Shown here: positions 39,083-39,925 of the stretch, one piece after another | Numbering within the stretch: the stretch's first letter is position 1 | Layout of the letters: every line of letters begins with the position of its first letter | IMG/VR virus record: IMGVR_UViG_3300044513_003828 | Location: 1 to 39,925 of that record | Length of the DNA: 39,925 bases | Reading direction: 5' to 3' (one strand) | From: a virus | Taxonomy: Duplodnaviria; Caudoviricetes | Notes under the pieces: model-generated | Told to the model about the DNA's origin: nothing | The model's database searches: none | What the model saw: only the letters and a program-made list of their open reading frames with translations | Made by a program: the position numbers and the translations under genes

Positions 39083-39721
39083 TTATTCTTCGTCATTGAT
39101 AGGTGTATCGAATGACTTTTTGATATCTGCATCTGAATAGTTTTCTACTTCATCAGAGGTCAAAACGTATTCATTCTTACCTGTTTGTTGCATCTCAACT
39201 TCTTTGTCAGCGAAGAAGTCTGTCAACTTCTGATTGTACGGATAACTATCCAAACTTCTCAATTGTAATTTCTCCTCCGGTGACTTCTCACGATATTTCT
39301 CAACCTTAGCTTCGATGTCATTAATCTTTGTTAAGATTTGGTCCATCTGTGACAACTTGCTTTCTAGGTCGTTCAACTTATCAAACATTGAGTCCATATA
39401 CTCGTCTTGTTTATCTGAGATTTCGTTTTGCTTGTTTACTAAATCTGTAATCTCTAACTCTTCAGTGTCACCACTCATATCTTCACCTTCAACATTACCC
39501 TCGTCGTCTAATTTCTCAACATCAGGGTCAGTTTCAATATCAACAGGTTCAGGAATTTCTTCAGCACCCACCTCTAAATCTAATTCGTCACCCGCATCAG
39601 GTGTTTCATCACCTAAGTCTACAGGTTCTTCTTGTTCTACCAAATAAGAATTAATAGAGTTGTGTCTTTTTAATTCTTCTAATATTTTATTATCGATTGC
39701 CATAGTATTACTTTTAACCAT
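39083..39721 (-). CDS. Acidic coiled-coil hypothetical protein (likely true start ATG at 39703, MAIDNK...); possibly a head-assembly/internal head protein
   Basis: Very D/E-rich N-terminal half followed by a heptad region (MFDKLNDLESKLSQMDQILTKINDIEAKVEK). The function is inference only. Confidence 0.7.
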   Translation of the reverse strand: MVKSNTMAIDNKILEELKRHNSINSYLVEQEEPVDLGDETPDAGDELDLEVGAEEIPEPVDIETDPDVEKLDDEGNVEGEDMSGDTEELEITDLVNKQNEISDKQDEYMDSMFDKLNDLESKLSQMDQILTKINDIEAKVEKYREKSPEEKLQLRSLDSYPYNQKLTDFFADKEVEMQQTGKNEYVLTSDEVENYSDADIKKSFDTPINDEE

Positions 39722-39925
39722 TCAATAGTGTCTTCACACCGTGAGGTGTTTCAACTTTAAGGGTTCTGTTTACTTGTCTTGTATTGTCAACTCGCTCAAT
39801 AAGTCCGTCTCTCATACTAACGGTATAACAGTCTCCTGTGTCTAAGTCACAAACCTCTTTGTAACCATTTCCGGCATCTCTTTCAGTAATTCTAGTGTCT
39901 TTCGACAAATACTGGTCTAATAATG
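39714..39925 (-). CDS. Small hypothetical protein, probably 5'-partial
   Basis: The frame stays open beyond the TTG at 39908 to the window edge (..LLDQYLSKDTRITE..VCDLDTGDCYTV..), so the real start is probably outside the window. Confidence 0.65.
   Translation of the reverse strand, partial: LLDQYLSKDTRITERDAGNGYKEVCDLDTGDCYTVSMRDGLIERVDNTRQVNRTLKVETPHGVKTLLNG

Larger units (their letters stand above)
1..39925 (-). mobile_element. Segment of a large tailed (myovirus/T4-like, probably jumbo) bacteriophage genome: replication module plus baseplate/tail-fibre module
   Basis: Co-oriented, tightly packed genes including gp25- and gp6-like baseplate proteins, gp32-like SSB, RecA/UvsX, gp41/DnaB-like helicase and RNR. 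No cellular housekeeping context, and no integrase or att site seen. Confidence 0.93.

Noticed and set aside
17243-39647. Short nested or antisense ORFs of 60-110 aa inside the structural and replication genes
   Set aside because: They fully overlap long, motif-bearing genes and show no recognisable features; such ORFs are expected by chance.
1270-39716. Stop-codon reassignment (19 of 20 complete gene ends are TAA, one TGA, none TAG)
   Set aside because: Genes are full length and tightly packed under the standard code, with no fragmentation at TAG or TGA. The bias fits an AT-rich genome, and reading through the single TGA adds only a few codons.
1-39925. tRNA, rRNA or other ncRNA genes
   Set aside because: Intergenic gaps are all under ~150 bp and contain only terminators and promoter-like motifs. 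No cloverleaf or T-loop signature was seen.

Overview
This window is a gene-dense, AT-rich segment of a large myovirus-like (T4-like/jumbo) phage genome, and every credible gene lies on the minus strand. In transcription order (right to left) it holds two small hypothetical genes, then a replication/recombination/nucleotide module: gp32-like SSB, RecA/UvsX, 5'-3' exonuclease, a 150-aa unknown, DnaB/gp41-like helicase, NrdB with an N-terminal ATP-cone, and a cone-less NrdA. A cUUCGg terminator follows, then a ~31 kb virion module. That module contains gp25- and gp6-like baseplate wedge proteins, a 1715-aa protein with a long hydrophobic segment, several translationally coupled baseplate/tail proteins, and a 3006-aa mosaic adhesin (mucin-like Pro/Thr/Ser stalks, SprB-type repeats, a vWA-like domain, a duplicated CBM-like domain). 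It ends with an 830-aa mucin-like protein and two fibre-like proteins, the last running off the left edge and missing from the ORF track. SprB-type repeats, a Flavobacteria-type RNR and SD-less A-rich leaders point to a Bacteroidota host (inference). The most unusual signal is a short peptide motif, [S/T]-[G/A]-x-T, strongly enriched across unrelated outer virion proteins and nearly absent from the enzymes and the gp6/gp25 core. Together with the mucin-like stalks it suggests a virion-wide modification (glycosylation) sequon; this is a hypothesis, and no modifying enzyme is encoded in the window. All family assignments come from motif recognition by eye, not database searches, and counts are manual.
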